Shown: positions 10,077-19,932, numbered from the stretch's first letter. The stretch: DNA of 64,000 nucleotides from Actinomycetota bacterium (GCA_028717265.1 JAQUOE010000003.1:825-64824), one strand, 5' to 3'. Notes: generated by a model not told the origin, from the letters alone. Numbers and translations: made by a program.

Positions 10077-11006
10077 ATGGACTCAATAATTATAAAAAAC
10101 CTTGTTAAAAAATATGGTAATAAAACAGTAATAGACAGCTTGAATCTAAATATAAAAGAGAGTGAATTTTATTGTCTGATGGGACCAAATGGTTCAGGAA
10201 AAACTACACTATCCTCAATTATTGCCTCAATAAGAATCCAGGATAGTGGAACGGTAGAAATATATGGTAAAAAACCTTCTGAGGTAAAAGATATCATAGG
10301 TTATCTGCCCCAGGAAAATTTTTCAGATTCAAGCCTTACCGGGAAAGAAAACCTGATGTATTTTGCAAGAATGCTCGGATATAAAAGAAAGGAAGCATCA
10401 TTTGTTGTTAATGATCTTATTAAAAAAATTGACCTTACGGAAGACGCAGATAAAAGGGTAAGCAAATATTCAGGAGGCATGAGAAAAAAACTGGAACTTG
10501 CCACGATTCTCTTCCCTGGAAATAAAGTATTAATTTTGGATGAACCAACTACTGGTCTTGATCCTTCAGCCAGAAGAAATTTTTTTGGGCTTATTGATTT
10601 GATAAAAGAAAAAACAACAACTATCATACTAATCAGCCATATTGGTTCTGATGCGGAACATGCATCCAGGGTCGGCCTTATGAGTGAAGGTAAAATTATT
10701 GCAGAGGGCACACCCGAAGAACTGAAAAATAACATCAATCTTAAAAACATAATAAATGTAGAGACATCTATTAAAAATGATAAGATAAGAGAAATACTCG
10801 AGGGATTTAGTAAGGAAGAAAAACTGCAGGAAACTGATAATGGATATAAGATTTACACTAATGAAACTACAGAAGTTATCCCGAAAATAGTTAGAGCCGT
10901 TGAAGAAAACGGATATAAAATAGTCCAGATAGGTTCTATAATTCCATCGCTTGAAGACGTATTTTTTAAATTGACCGGAAAACCTGTTAGGAAGGTAAAA
11001 GAATGA
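10077..11006 (+). CDS. ABC transporter ATP-binding protein (ABC-2/DrrA-like exporter)
   Basis: GPNGSGKTT, YSGGM signature, LILDEPTTGLD. Confidence 0.92.
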   Translation: MDSIIIKNLVKKYGNKTVIDSLNLNIKESEFYCLMGPNGSGKTTLSSIIASIRIQDSGTVEIYGKKPSEVKDIIGYLPQENFSDSSLTGKENLMYFARMLGYKRKEASFVVNDLIKKIDLTEDADKRVSKYSGGMRKKLELATILFPGNKVLILDEPTTGLDPSARRNFFGLIDLIKEKTTTIILISHIGSDAEHASRVGLMSEGKIIAEGTPEELKNNINLKNIINVETSIKNDKIREILEGFSKEEKLQETDNGYKIYTNETTEVIPKIVRAVEENGYKIVQIGSIIPSLEDVFFKLTGKPVRKVKE

Positions 11007-11770
11007 ATCAGATTTCCGCTACTTTTATTAAAGGAATTAAAGATAACTTAATGAATAAATCTGCACTTTTTTGGGTAATTGCCTGGCCCATACTCTGGTT
11101 ATTTCTTGGAGTATTTGTCTTCCTGAAAGACATTCCTGAAGCATATATCGGATTTGCAAAAGGCCAGATTACAATATCTATGATTACTTTTTCCTTTATG
11201 ATTTCAGGTATGACAAGTCTTGCTGCAACAATTTCCGAAGACAGGCATAAAGGTCTTTTTTTAAAGTTAAAATCAATGCCGGTACAGCCCTGGAAAGAAT
11301 CAATAGGAAGAATACTTGCAGTTCTGTCTTTTTCTATTCTAAGCATAATCATTATATTGATAGTAGGACTGGCTCTTGGGGCTAAATTTTCTTTTAACAC
11401 AATTGATCTGCTTAAATCAATCGGCTTTTTAGTTCTTGGTATTCTCGCATCAGCAGGAGTAGGACTTATTTGCGGCTCGCTTATTAAAAGTGTCCAGGGT
11501 GCTATAATGACAGCTGTTGGTATAGCTGTCATTACTTCGGCAATTTCCGGCGTATTTTTTGATTACAGCATGCTGCCCGGGGTACTGCAGACTTTTGCAA
11601 GATTCTGGCCCATGTCATCAGCAAATGCAATTATTGCATATTACCTTACGGGTAATGCGGGATTTGACGCTACTTCTGTTTTAAATCTCTCTCTTACTGT
11701 TATAATATCTCTTATATTCTTTTCCATAGGTTTAATTATTTATACAAAATACTGCTGGAAAAACGAATAA
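11003..11770 (+). CDS. ABC-2 type permease
   Basis: Six TM segments, ISGVFF...LP motif; 4-bp overlap with the ATPase gene. Confidence 0.85.
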   Translation: MNQISATFIKGIKDNLMNKSALFWVIAWPILWLFLGVFVFLKDIPEAYIGFAKGQITISMITFSFMISGMTSLAATISEDRHKGLFLKLKSMPVQPWKESIGRILAVLSFSILSIIIILIVGLALGAKFSFNTIDLLKSIGFLVLGILASAGVGLICGSLIKSVQGAIMTAVGIAVITSAISGVFFDYSMLPGVLQTFARFWPMSSANAIIAYYLTGNAGFDATSVLNLSLTVIISLIFFSIGLIIYTKYCWKNE

Positions 11771-12074
11771 TTAACCAGATAATTATTTGATTAAACCCAT
11801 GGTCTTTAATTATATTTCCTTTATAAATCTGATTCTTTTAAAACTTATAGAAATTTATATGAATTTGCTTTTGTGTCAACAAAGTATCAACTCCAATTTT
11901 TAATTATAATTGAGATCTTATTAACTTTTAAACTACCTTTTATTTGATATTTTGTTATAATTACCAAAATTAAAAATAATCTTTTTTTATCTTAATGCGG
12001 GGATTAAAGAAAAGCATTATTATACATAAATAAAAAGCATACAAAGTAACTATTTATCGAAGTTCAATCGATAT

Positions 12075-12626
12075 ATGTTAACAAAACATAAAATTAAAAA
12101 TTCAATAATTGAACTTATTTTTGGAGACATTACCACCCAGGAAACCGAAGCAATAGCAAATGCAGCAAACAGGAGGCTGTCCCCCGGGGGCGGTGTATCC
12201 GGTGCCATTCATAGAGCAGCCGGCCCGGAGTTATGGGAAGAAAGTAAAAAACTTGGCGGCTGTGAAACCGGTGAGGCAAAATTATCAGGCGGGCATAATC
12301 TTAAGGCAAAATATGTCATACATACCGTCGGTCCCGTTTACAGCGGAAGCGCAGACGATGTCCAGGATCTAAAAAATTGTTATAAGAATAGTTTGCTTCT
12401 GGCTTCCCAAAAAAATATCAAGAGTATTTCCTTCCCATCGATAAGCACGGGAATTTTCGGTTATCCGATAAAAGAGGCATCGGTGATTGCACTTAAAACC
12501 ATCACCGATTTTTTAAAAGAGCATGTGGAAATCGAACTTGTGCGAATGGTCTTATTCTCCGAGGGCGATTATAAAATCTATAAATCATCTCTTGAAAAAA
12601 TTTTAAAAGATAAGAATGCAGACTAA
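12075..12626 (+). CDS. Macro domain protein (MacroD/YmdB-like ADP-ribose hydrolase)
   Basis: GDITTQ, IANAAN, GGGVSGAIHRAAG, VIHTVGP, FPSISTGIFGYP. Confidence 0.92.
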   Translation: MLTKHKIKNSIIELIFGDITTQETEAIANAANRRLSPGGGVSGAIHRAAGPELWEESKKLGGCETGEAKLSGGHNLKAKYVIHTVGPVYSGSADDVQDLKNCYKNSLLLASQKNIKSISFPSISTGIFGYPIKEASVIALKTITDFLKEHVEIELVRMVLFSEGDYKIYKSSLEKILKDKNAD

Positions 12627-15600
12627 GAACATTTGGAATAACCGCAGTTCCTGCAGACATAGCAGCCCCCTTCAGGTTCCATTATACCTCCGCAGCCATC
12701 CTCCGGACATATCATAATGGACCTGGGACCACTGGTTTTACTCAAATCAAACTTATTGGATCCATTCATATAAAACTCTATTGCCTTACCCATTGCATCC
12801 GGACAGGAAAGGACATAGGTTTCATTATCGGCAATACAGGTTATGCATCTTATTCCTATCACCTGTTTCTTTACTGATTCTATATCTATGCCTGACCTGA
12901 TAGCGATACTTATAAGCCTGCCCACTGCTTCGGTCAGGGCGGTGCATCCCTCTTCCCCTGTATTTATAAATACTTCACAGATGCCATTTTCATCTGAGTT
13001 CACCGTTACATAAAGCTTGCCGCAATTTCCTATTTTATATTTCTTGGTCATGCCGTGAGTGATTTCCGGTCTGGATCGGGGTTTCAATTTTATATCTTTT
13101 ATTTCTTCTTTATTCTCTTCAATAACTTCATTTTCTTCTTTGACTTCAGTAAAACCTTTTTTCTTTTCTTCTACCTCAAGAACCTGGGTTCCCCTGCTCT
13201 TATCCCTGAAAATTGTTATACCTTTACAACCGAGCCTGTAAGCAAGCATGTATACGTTTTCCACATCCTGGACCGTAGCATCATTTGAGAAATTGACCGT
13301 TTTCGAAACTGCATTGTCCACGAATTTTTGAAAAGCAGCCTGGGTTCTTACATGCCACACCGGTGATATTTCGTGTGCCGTGACAAATACCCTTCTGTAT
13401 CTTGAAGGAACTTCCTCGATATCTTTTAAATTGCCTTTTTCTGCTATCTTCTTCATTAATTTTTTACTATAAAATCCTTCTTTCTTTGCAAGTTCCTCAA
13501 AATAATCATTGACTTCGACCAGCCTGTCATTATCCATGACATTTTTAACAAATGACAGGGCAAATATTGGTTCCACACCGCTCGAGCAATCAGCGATAAT
13601 GCTCAGGGTCCCGGTAGGGGCGATAGTGGTAGTTGTTGCATTTCTGATTTCGTAACCATCGGGGCTGTCGTAAACGCTCCCTTTGAAGTTTGGGAAGACT
13701 CCCTTTTCTTTTGCCAGTTCCCGTGATGCATTTTTGGATTCATCCTGGATAAAACTCATTATCTTCTGGGCAAGTTCAAGTGCCTCCTCGCTGTCGTATG
13801 GTATGCCAAGGATTATAAGCAGATCAGCATATCCCATGACCCCAAGACCTATTTTTCTGTTGCCGCGAACCATTTTACCTATTTTTTCAAGAGGGTACCT
13901 GCTCATATCGATAACATCGTCTAAAAATCTTACTGCCGTATAAGTGATGTTCTTTAATCTGTCATAATCCACTTTTTTTATGCCCTCTTCCTCTTTTACC
14001 ATATGGGCCAGATTTATGGATCCCAGATTACATGCCTCATAGGGAAGCAGAGGCTGCTCGCCGCAGTTTCTGACTACAATTCCATTGGCAATATAAGAAT
14101 TACTTACAGGTTCATTAAAATCAAAAACTTCCTTTTTCCCTACATATCTTATTTTATCCACTTTATCAATGAATTTATTATAGTAATTATCTGGAGAAAG
14201 TTTTTCGAATTTAAAAGAATTCAGCAGGTTTTCTTTTCTTTCCAGAATAAAACCTATTTCTTGTTGAAATCTTTTCTCGGATACACCACCTGATATAAAC
14301 AGTTCAAAATAATTTTCATTTTTAGCTTTGTAGCTTTTGTGTTCCCCATATTTATTAACATAAGAAAAATTCTTCGAGAAAGAATATTTTCTGGTTAAAA
14401 TATTGGATTTGACTCCCAGGCTAAGCAGCAATACCTGAACTCCCTTCAGCAATTTTTTAGAAGATGAGCTGATTTTTATAGTCCCATCAGTATCATCAAT
14501 ATTTCCGTCCGAGCTAAAAAGTCCATTTAAAAATCCGGTAACAGCTTCTTTTGGAGCGCTGAATAAACTTACAGGGACTTCTTTCTCGGAGGAAGTGCAT
14601 GCCTTTACTCCGAGCTCTTTAAAGAATTCAATAAATCCTTTTGAGTAATAGGAGAGATGTATTACTCTATTTTCTCTTACTATTTCTTTTATATTACAGT
14701 TGTACCACTTTCTCATTATCTGATTAAAATATAGTGCAAGTTCTTTGTCTTCGCATCCAAAAGTAAATCCAACTCTATCATCTCTGAGCCAGCCATCGCC
14801 AATCAACCACCCTAAAACTTCACCGAGTTCGCTTGACCAATATTCGGGTAGATTAAGGGTCTTCCTTTTTGTAAAATTATTTAATTCTTTGACTTTTCCA
14901 TTACTGAATATTTTTTTACTTACTGTAAATTTACCCACGGGTTGAATTAAAATTTCATCACCTTTGACAAGATCCATAAGTTTTTTATACCCATTTACGG
15001 TAAGCATCTTATGTTCGGCAGTAGCTTCAAGTTCATAACCTGAACAGGTAATCAGTTTATAAACATCTTTTTTACCTCTATTCCAGGATTTTATATTTCT
15101 ACTCTCCAGAATATCCAAATTTTTATCTGTGAACTTTTTTAAAATCTTATATTCCAGAGCTCTCCTGTCGAAAAGTATCTTTATTTCCTCACCGGCTTGA
15201 ATTCTTTGATACAAATCTTTTGCCTTAACCAATCCTCTGTCCGTAGAGATAAAAGTTTCACCTGAAATACACGGATTGGTGCTTTCTATCTGCCCGAGAT
15301 TAGGTGTGGGATTATCTTTATTCAGTCTGTCCAGAAATATAATTCCCGGATCGCCATTTTTCCAGGCGTGCTCTACAATTTTATCGAACACTTCCTTTGC
15401 TCTGTATCTATCTACCACCTCTTTGGTTCTGGGATTTATGATTTCATACTCATCATCATTTTCGACAGCTTTCATAAATTTTTCCGTAACTCCCACCGAA
15501 ATATTGAAATTGGTCAATTTCTCATTATTTTCCTTTGAGGTAATAAAATCCAGAATATCGGGGTGGTCCACTCTCAGTATTCCCATATTTGCACCTCTCC

Positions 15601-16147
15601 TGGTTCCACCCTGTTTTATGGTATCGGTAGCCGCATTAAAAACAGTCATAAAAGAAATAGGCCCGCTTGAGACCCCTTTGGTAGAAAGAACCACATCATT
15701 TTTCGGTCTAATGTTGGAAAACGAATACCCCACTCCTCCACCGGATTTCTGGATCAGTGCAGTTTCCTTAAGTGCCTCAAAAATAGCATTCATGGAATCT
15801 CCTACGGGCAGAACGAAACATGCTGCCAGCTGCTGAAGTTCTTTCCCTGCATTCATAAGGGTCGGAGAATTTGGAAGAAAATCAAGATCTGCCATAATAT
15901 TAAAAAACTGCTTCTCTATCTCTTTTACTTCTTCTTCTGTCTTCCCATATTTCTTTTCCGCAGAGGCAATATTCCCCGCAACTCTTATAAACATGTCTCC
16001 GGGTTTCTCCAGAAGGACTCCTTCCGCATCCCTTTTTAAGTATCTTCTTTCCAGAACCTTTACAGCATTATCGGACAGGTCAATTTTTTTACCCATGTAA
16101 TAATCGTTAAGGCTTTTTTTGTTTTTCGTTTTTTTGGTATCTTCCAT
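12623..16147 (-). CDS. nrdJ: Class II (AdoCbl-dependent) ribonucleotide reductase NrdJ with intein and C-terminal TSCPD/Zn-ribbon domain
   Basis: FLPNSPTLMNAG, ACFVL, QKSGGGVG, RRGANM, STNP|CGEQ after intein removal, EACNLGS, TTTIAPTGT, VSKTVN, C-terminal CPEDGC...CRNC. Confidence 0.95.
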   Translation of the reverse strand: MEDTKKTKNKKSLNDYYMGKKIDLSDNAVKVLERRYLKRDAEGVLLEKPGDMFIRVAGNIASAEKKYGKTEEEVKEIEKQFFNIMADLDFLPNSPTLMNAGKELQQLAACFVLPVGDSMNAIFEALKETALIQKSGGGVGYSFSNIRPKNDVVLSTKGVSSGPISFMTVFNAATDTIKQGGTRRGANMGILRVDHPDILDFITSKENNEKLTNFNISVGVTEKFMKAVENDDEYEIINPRTKEVVDRYRAKEVFDKIVEHAWKNGDPGIIFLDRLNKDNPTPNLGQIESTNPCISGETFISTDRGLVKAKDLYQRIQAGEEIKILFDRRALEYKILKKFTDKNLDILESRNIKSWNRGKKDVYKLITCSGYELEATAEHKMLTVNGYKKLMDLVKGDEILIQPVGKFTVSKKIFSNGKVKELNNFTKRKTLNLPEYWSSELGEVLGWLIGDGWLRDDRVGFTFGCEDKELALYFNQIMRKWYNCNIKEIVRENRVIHLSYYSKGFIEFFKELGVKACTSSEKEVPVSLFSAPKEAVTGFLNGLFSSDGNIDDTDGTIKISSSSKKLLKGVQVLLLSLGVKSNILTRKYSFSKNFSYVNKYGEHKSYKAKNENYFELFISGGVSEKRFQQEIGFILERKENLLNSFKFEKLSPDNYYNKFIDKVDKIRYVGKKEVFDFNEPVSNSYIANGIVVRNCGEQPLLPYEACNLGSINLAHMVKEEEGIKKVDYDRLKNITYTAVRFLDDVIDMSRYPLEKIGKMVRGNRKIGLGVMGYADLLIILGIPYDSEEALELAQKIMSFIQDESKNASRELAKEKGVFPNFKGSVYDSPDGYEIRNATTTTIAPTGTLSIIADCSSGVEPIFALSFVKNVMDNDRLVEVNDYFEELAKKEGFYSKKLMKKIAEKGNLKDIEEVPSRYRRVFVTAHEISPVWHVRTQAAFQKFVDNAVSKTVNFSNDATVQDVENVYMLAYRLGCKGITIFRDKSRGTQVLEVEEKKKGFTEVKEENEVIEENKEEIKDIKLKPRSRPEITHGMTKKYKIGNCGKLYVTVNSDENGICEVFINTGEEGCTALTEAVGRLISIAIRSGIDIESVKKQVIGIRCITCIADNETYVLSCPDAMGKAIEFYMNGSNKFDLSKTSGPRSIMICPEDGCGGIMEPEGGCYVCRNCGYSKCS
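14066..15271 (-). mobile_element. Intein (402 aa) with LAGLIDADG homing endonuclease, inserted before the active-site Cys of NrdJ
   Basis: Starts CISGETFIST (Cys293 of precursor), block B ATAEH, LAGLIDADG-like LGWLIGDG and FLNGLFSSDG, ends YIANGIVVRN followed by +1 Cys (CGEQ). Confidence 0.93.
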
Positions 16148-16329
16148 GAATCAACACCGCCATCGATTTAAATTGGTGACTTAATAAAACTAAATTAACT
16201 TAATAAAAACCTTTTGTCTCAACTTGTGACTTCTTCACTGAAGAGAGTATTCTCCACCGGAAAACGCCTGAATAATTATTTTAACCTTCGCAAGTATATA
16301 TTTCTTACTGTTTCAGGAGAACTGCTTTG

Positions 16330-16377
16330 ATTCCTTATATTGTGTGTACCTAAATATTAATATACTACATATTGTAT
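16330..16377. promoter_or_regulatory. Tandem NrdR boxes upstream of nrdJ
   Basis: ATTCCTTATATTGTGT (16330-16345) and ATACTACATATTGTAT (16362-16377) match acaCwAtATaTwGtgt and are offset by 32 bp, the known tandem spacing. Confidence 0.85.
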
Positions 16378-16382
16378 GTCAA
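16354..16382 (-). promoter_or_regulatory. Sigma-70/SigA promoter for nrdJ
   Basis: Minus strand TTGACA-N17-TAATAT; one NrdR box lies in the spacer, the other just downstream. Confidence 0.7.
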
Positions 16383-16673
16383 TAGAAATCTAAATTTAAA
16401 TTACTTCTTTAGTAAAAAACTCATTTTTCTATGATTCTATCCCTGCCACACAACCGGTTTCCCTGTAGCTTTTTACATCAATTTCCGTATAAAGAAAAAG
16501 TAACACATTAAAACAAATCCTTTGAAAACTCTTTATCCAATAAAAGTTTTCAAAGTTATTCATACAATAACAGAAATATTTCTGATATAATAGCTTACCT
16601 GATATGAGAGAAATTTTCTTCATATCTAAATATTTTACTATTTTATAAAGATATAAACCAGCAAGGAAGTATC

Positions 16674-16769
16674 ATGAGTTCTGTTATCAAAAAGCGCAGA
16701 AGAAAAATGAGAAAGAAAAAGCATAAGAAGATGCTTAAAAAGACAAAATGGCAGAGAAGAAATAAATGA
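16674..16769 (+). CDS. Small basic protein bS22 / AURKAIP1-COX24 domain (31 aa)
   Basis: Below the ORF-track cutoff. MSSVIKKRRRKMRKKKHKKMLKKTKWQRRNK resembles actinobacterial [21 protein letters not shown]...; SD-like AAGGAAG; ATGA overlap with next gene. Confidence 0.9.
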   Translation: MSSVIKKRRRKMRKKKHKKMLKKTKWQRRNK

Positions 16770-17698
16770 TAAACGAAAATGCCAATAGAAAAGAATTTTT
16801 AGACATTCTGGATAAAAAAATTCTTATTTCCGATGGTTCTATGGGGGCAACTCTGATGACATCGGGTTTTTCTGCATTGCCTGATTCTCTAAATCTTGAC
16901 AGCAGCCATATAAAAAAAATAATAGATATACATTTAGGCTACCTTAAAGCAGGATCAGATATTATTATTACCAATACCCTGAATTCCACTCCAACCAAAC
17001 TCGAATTCCACGGACTTCGAAATAAAATAAAAGAAATAAATGAGAACGCTGTTAGTGCGGTAAACGAAGCAATCGATATCTATAGAACCGCATCCGGCGA
17101 CAGCAAGCCTATTTTCATTGCAGGAGACATGGGGCCCCTCGGTAAACTACTGGATCCTTTTGGTCCCCTGAAATATGAAGAAGCGCTGGACTCATTTTCA
17201 GAACAGGCGGATATTTTAATAGGGAAAGCAGATCTTATAGCCATCGAAACGATAATGGACCTGAATGAAGCACTGGCTGCAATCAAAGGTATCAGAAAAA
17301 TATCAAAAGACGTTCCCATTGCGTGCAGCCTTACTTTCGGCGAAAATGGAGTAACACTCATGGGCAATAAGGCCGAAGACGTAGTGAATGTTTTAATCGA
17401 TGCCGGCAGTGATATTATCGGGGCAAATTGCAGTGTAGGTTCGGGTGCCATGTTAAATGTGGTTAAAAAGATGAGAGAAGCAAATACAAATGCCAGACTC
17501 ATTTTTCAGCCCAATGCTGGAATGCCTTCGCTGGTAGACGGTAAAACCATATTTGACGAAACGCCGGAAGTCATGGCTTCCAATATATCCAGATATCTTC
17601 CTTATAAACCATCAATACTGGGCGCATGCTGCGGAAGTACGCCTGAACATATAAAAGAAATAGCAATGATAGTAAGTGATTACAACAACAAGCGATAG
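16766..17698 (+). CDS. Homocysteine S-methyltransferase domain protein (stand-alone MetH N-terminal/HMT module)
   Basis: DGSMGATL, AGSDIIITNT, ETIMDLNE, GANC, PNAGMP and GACCG Zn ligands. Confidence 0.88.
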   Translation: MINENANRKEFLDILDKKILISDGSMGATLMTSGFSALPDSLNLDSSHIKKIIDIHLGYLKAGSDIIITNTLNSTPTKLEFHGLRNKIKEINENAVSAVNEAIDIYRTASGDSKPIFIAGDMGPLGKLLDPFGPLKYEEALDSFSEQADILIGKADLIAIETIMDLNEALAAIKGIRKISKDVPIACSLTFGENGVTLMGNKAEDVVNVLIDAGSDIIGANCSVGSGAMLNVVKKMREANTNARLIFQPNAGMPSLVDGKTIFDETPEVMASNISRYLPYKPSILGACCGSTPEHIKEIAMIVSDYNNKR

Positions 17699-17702
17699 GG
17701 AT

Positions 17703-18644
17703 CTATAAGTCCGTCTTTTTAATCAAAGAGGTTAATACATTTTCCATCTGCTCCTCTTCTCCATCCAGTTTTGCATTGAATAGGAACCAGTTTTCGACAT
17801 GTTCCGTAGATCCCCGGGGAAGTAATTTTTTCATTCCCCCGAGTGTCTCGATTTCCAATATATCAGGATTGGTATAAACTTCCGCATTCGCTCCAAAATC
17901 AGGATAATGGGCTTCCGGATCAAATCTGTATCTTTTTATAAAAAGCTGTTCGTTAAGATAGTATGCCGTCCATCCGAGCGTATTTAAAACCCCGATTTTC
18001 TGATAATTCTTTGCATCCGGATCCTGCTTTACCTGTATAAATCTATTTCCCCAGCTAAATCTGGGATCACTCATTTCCGTATATGGCCAGAGAACGAGCG
18101 GGCGTACCGGAAGGAGGCTCCCTTCTCCGGTCCGGTAAGGTTCCTGCGGTATTATAGCCCTGCCATTTTTTGCCATAACAGTAATTGCCCATGGCGCAAG
18201 TTCTATTTCCCAGATATTCTTATTGATGAGTCTGTGTAATACCTTTATGTGGTTATCCGCCCGTCCGGGAGTTACCTCTATTTCTTTTTGCATACCTGTT
18301 GTGTATTCAACATCCTGGATAAGCTTGAGAGTTTTTCCGTTCCACTGGTAATTAACAGGATTATTATCCGGAAAATATGTCCGCGGCATGACCTCGGGCG
18401 CATGCCAGAACCTGTGTCCCCCGTATGTCAACCATTCATTTCCACCGGTCCTGCCCTGCTGCTGCTTCATTTCCCCGAAAAGATTTTGATCTCCTTTAAA
18501 TCCAAACCTTATAATTCTTGGTCCCACATCAGTAGTAATTATTACTTCTACTTCTCCATTTGTAAGGCGGATACAATTTTCCCATCCACCATATTTAAAA
18601 TTTTCCTCAATCTCCATAAAGTTCCTCCTTTTATTTAAAAACAA
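17703..18644 (-). CDS. Conserved hypothetical protein, galactose-mutarotase-like beta-sandwich (DUF4380-like); probable start at MEIEENF
   Basis: GWENCIRLTNG, VGPRII, YGGHRFWHAPE, YPDFGANAEVY, EIETLG. Confidence 0.55.
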   Translation of the reverse strand: MFLNKRRNFMEIEENFKYGGWENCIRLTNGEVEVIITTDVGPRIIRFGFKGDQNLFGEMKQQQGRTGGNEWLTYGGHRFWHAPEVMPRTYFPDNNPVNYQWNGKTLKLIQDVEYTTGMQKEIEVTPGRADNHIKVLHRLINKNIWEIELAPWAITVMAKNGRAIIPQEPYRTGEGSLLPVRPLVLWPYTEMSDPRFSWGNRFIQVKQDPDAKNYQKIGVLNTLGWTAYYLNEQLFIKRYRFDPEAHYPDFGANAEVYTNPDILEIETLGGMKKLLPRGSTEHVENWFLFNAKLDGEEEQMENVLTSLIKKTDL

Positions 18645-18647
18645 TTG

Positions 18648-19835
18648 TCAAAAATCCAATTCTCGTTCATTTTCTCTGGCATTCAATACTTTCTCCACTG
18701 TTCCATATTTATTTGCTGCGTTCCAGAATAAAAATCCTTCTATTCCCAGATCTTCTGCGGCCTGAATCTGACTTATAATTTCCCTTTCAGTATATTTCAC
18801 CTTCAGGCTGAATGCCTGTATCCAGGGGACCGCTATGCACCCGGTATTATCTATTCTCGCAAGACCTCTGTTAAGAGTATAGCTTACCACTTCGTACGGA
18901 TGTGCTTCCGGAAGCTCATATCCTAAAAAGTTCGTAGAATAATGAGATGGATAAGGCATGGGATATATATAATCAAGATGCGGCGCTATTTCCTCCAACA
19001 TCTGTCCTATGCCCTGGTCATTATCCACGATAAAGGTCCACCCAAAAACATCTGCCGATATTTTTATATTATATTGCCTTATTGCTTCTTTGACTTTTTT
19101 TAGAAAATTTGTTATGGCCCAGACCTTATCATTGCCAGCAGTATTGTAAGTATAATCCGCATAAGCAATATTTCCTTTTGCGGGCGCTCTTATATAGTCA
19201 AACTGAATTTCATTCACTCCTTTTTCAGCAAGTTCCTTTATTATATCGATATAGTAATCCCAGACTTCTTCACAATAAATATCAGGCCAATAAGATCCTT
19301 CTGAGTACAGCGGATTTCCGGTTCGAATATCTTTAATGGCCACATCCGGCCTGAATCGTGATAAAATATTGTCCTTAAAAACGACAAATCTGGCTATGCT
19401 GTAAATACCTTTGCTTTTCATTTCCCTCAGTACCGCATCTATATTATAATATTTCTTTTCGGCGCCGCTTTCACCTGCCAGTTCTATACTGCTGTCATAG
19501 CCAATACTGCCAGAATCATCCTTTACATCGAATACGATACTGTTAAGCTCGGTATTCGATACTAACTCATATATTTCTTTCCTTTTTTTAATATCGGCGA
19601 TACTATACTCCGTCAGATAAACCGCTTTTTGTGTTCCGGGTTCCATATTGGTATTTTCGAACTTATGATTACTCAGAAACTCCTCATAGGTTTCGGCTTT
19701 GAGGATATTCAATGGGATGATAAAAATAAAAAATATTAGTAGTATTACCAGTATTTTTGCCAAACATATTAACTTTTTTTGCATCTTTTTGTGTCCGGAA
19801 ACTAATAAAAATAGCCACGGTTTTAGGTTCAGCAA
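18648..19835 (-). CDS. Putative glycoside hydrolase (DUF4015-type TIM barrel), membrane-anchored
   Basis: KAVYLT, NSIVFDVKDDSG, EIQFDYIR, ISADVFG, PMPYPSHY, PWIQAF, FWNAAN. Confidence 0.75.
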   Translation of the reverse strand: MLNLKPWLFLLVSGHKKMQKKLICLAKILVILLIFFIFIIPLNILKAETYEEFLSNHKFENTNMEPGTQKAVYLTEYSIADIKKRKEIYELVSNTELNSIVFDVKDDSGSIGYDSSIELAGESGAEKKYYNIDAVLREMKSKGIYSIARFVVFKDNILSRFRPDVAIKDIRTGNPLYSEGSYWPDIYCEEVWDYYIDIIKELAEKGVNEIQFDYIRAPAKGNIAYADYTYNTAGNDKVWAITNFLKKVKEAIRQYNIKISADVFGWTFIVDNDQGIGQMLEEIAPHLDYIYPMPYPSHYSTNFLGYELPEAHPYEVVSYTLNRGLARIDNTGCIAVPWIQAFSLKVKYTEREIISQIQAAEDLGIEGFLFWNAANKYGTVEKVLNARENERELDF

Positions 19836-19898
19836 TTTTAAATCATTATAATTGTTAATCTATTAAATTACCAATATCCCAATCCATCCGATCGCTGT

Positions 19899-19932
19899 AA
19901 AAAAAGGAGGAATTGATTTAATCAATCCCTCC
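19899..19932 (-). terminator. Intrinsic terminator downstream of the 20016-20462 gene
   Basis: GGAGGGATTGAT/ATCAATTCCTCC stem with one G-U pair, followed by T7 on the minus strand. Confidence 0.65.

Noticed and set aside
12075-12626. Macro domain as a DarG-type antitoxin or defence component
   Set aside because: No adjacent ADP-ribosyltransferase or sirtuin; looks like a stand-alone MacroD
16430-16480. AGGGAAACCGGT on the minus strand resembling a cobalamin riboswitch upstream of B12-dependent nrdJ
   Set aside because: The following GnAAnTCC, ACTGT and B12-box elements are absent, and it lies upstream of the predicted nrdJ promoter
16429-16623. 64-aa minus-strand ORF in the intergenic region
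   Set aside because: No recognisable family or SD; overlaps the promoter region and palindrome
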